Shown: positions 63,424-64,000 of the stretch, one piece after another
How positions within the stretch are numbered: position 1 is the stretch's first letter
Layout of the letters: each line of letters begins with the position of its first letter
IMG/VR virus record: IMGVR_UViG_3300010365_001539
Coordinates: 76-64,075 of that record
Origin: a virus
Lineage: Duplodnaviria; Heunggongvirae; Uroviricota; Caudoviricetes
Strand: one strand, 5' to 3'
Length of the DNA: 64,000 bases
Program-made: the position numbers and the translations under genes
Notes under the pieces: generated by a model
Database searches by the model: none
The model's input: the letters and a program-made list of their open reading frames with translations, nothing else
What the model was told of the DNA's origin: nothing

Positions 63424-63479
63424 AATCTGTTCATTTTTTAACAATGTCTTGGTATATACATATATTTGATGTATCTTTG
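63419..63479 (+). promoter_or_regulatory. conserved intergenic element (copy 2) with adjacent TATATTTG and TATCTTTG -7 motifs
   Basis: GTTAAAATCTGTTCATTTTTTAACAATGTCTTGGTATATACATATATTTGATGTATCTTTG. Four mismatches against copy 1 over ~55 nt. Confidence 0.5.
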
Positions 63480-63502
63480 TTAAACAAATAAAGAGATATA
63501 TT

Positions 63503-63799
63503 ATGATACTAATAGGAATCAAATCAATCACAACCAGTACAGGTGACTATTCATCTGTAACACACCAACAAACTGATGTCTTAGCTCAAGGAACTACAGA
63601 AGAACTTACAGAGTCTTATAACAAAGCAGTAACCAAAGGTAAAGTATCACAAAAGAAATACTCTGAATTAGCAGATACTTTAGAATGGTCTAATATCTCA
63701 GAGAAAGAATATGATAAGTTATCTACTCAGTATATCAGAGATATTGCTATACTCAAGTATGATAAAGTCTTAATCATTGAAGGAAAAGTCTTAAAATAA
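63503..63799 (+). CDS. hypothetical protein
   Basis: 98-aa ORF. Confidence 0.45.
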   Translation: MILIGIKSITTSTGDYSSVTHQQTDVLAQGTTEELTESYNKAVTKGKVSQKKYSELADTLEWSNISEKEYDKLSTQYIRDIAILKYDKVLIIEGKVLK

Positions 63800-63901
63800 C
63801 AAATAATAGCTTGTAACTGACCAGGTGTGAATTCAGTAATCCTCCCATCTACACATCGCAAGGAGGTAATCAATTACAAGCTTTTTTAAAAATATAAACT
63901 T

Positions 63902-64000
63902 ATGAACACAAACAATACATTAACAATTGGTGGTAGAACTTTAACCTTTGAAGTATACCTTTCAGATGAATCTTATGATAGAACTTACTTCTATGAAGGA
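63902..64000 (+). CDS. hypothetical protein, 5' part only (runs off the window)
   Basis: ATG at 63902 with an open frame to the window end (MNTNNTLTIGGRTLTFEVYLSDESYDRTYFYEG). Confidence 0.3.
   Translation, partial: MNTNNTLTIGGRTLTFEVYLSDESYDRTYFYEG

Overview
This window is a densely packed, strongly AT-rich, phage-like region. It is most likely part of a large (jumbo-type) virulent phage, or a prophage, of a Bacteroidetes/Flavobacteriia-type host.

**Evidence for the host call**
- The Bacteroidetes sigma-A -7 promoter motif TAnnTTTG recurs upstream of many genes and of the tRNA-like genes.
- Lipoprotein signals (LTSC/LISC) and a Bacteroidetes-style outer-membrane receptor signal peptide are present.

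**Gene layout**
- About 150 mostly small ORFs, almost all on the + strand.
- ATGA and TAATG stop-start overlaps are very frequent.
- Single - strand genes or short - strand modules are bracketed by bidirectional rho-independent terminators.

**Recognisable cargo**
- 3' part of malate:quinone oxidoreductase (mqo).
- A TonB-dependent receptor-like outer-membrane protein.
- pnuC and nadR (nicotinamide riboside uptake and NMN adenylyltransferase/ribosylnicotinamide kinase), separated by a homing-endonuclease-like ORF carrying NUMOD3-type repeats.
- A macrodomain/PARG-like protein (TIGR02452-like), a Nudix hydrolase and a nucleoside 2-deoxyribosyltransferase-like protein.
- Two large - strand fibre-like genes, one with collagen-like G-X-Y repeats encoded by 27-bp tandem DNA repeats, and a nearby 2OG-Fe(II) oxygenase-like gene.
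- A GIY-YIG/NUMOD3 homing endonuclease, a pirin, an SPFH lipoprotein, a HAD phosphatase and an ATP-grasp protein.
- A Trbp111/CsaA-like tRNA-binding protein, one clean tRNA-Glu(TTC) and two atypical tRNA-like genes.

**Most striking patterns**
- A paralogous family of at least 13 proteins shares an N-terminal MK[YH]LK.F.E leader, mostly on the - strand. This is reminiscent of the T4 capsid-targeting sequence of internal/ejected proteins.
- A very large family (about 45) of 60-160 aa proteins ends in a conserved C-terminal R-x-x-K-L-x-x-L-G-I helix. The stop codon of each overlaps the next gene's ATG. Several members are split by +1 frameshifts.

All functional calls are inferred from motif recognition by eye. 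No database search was run.
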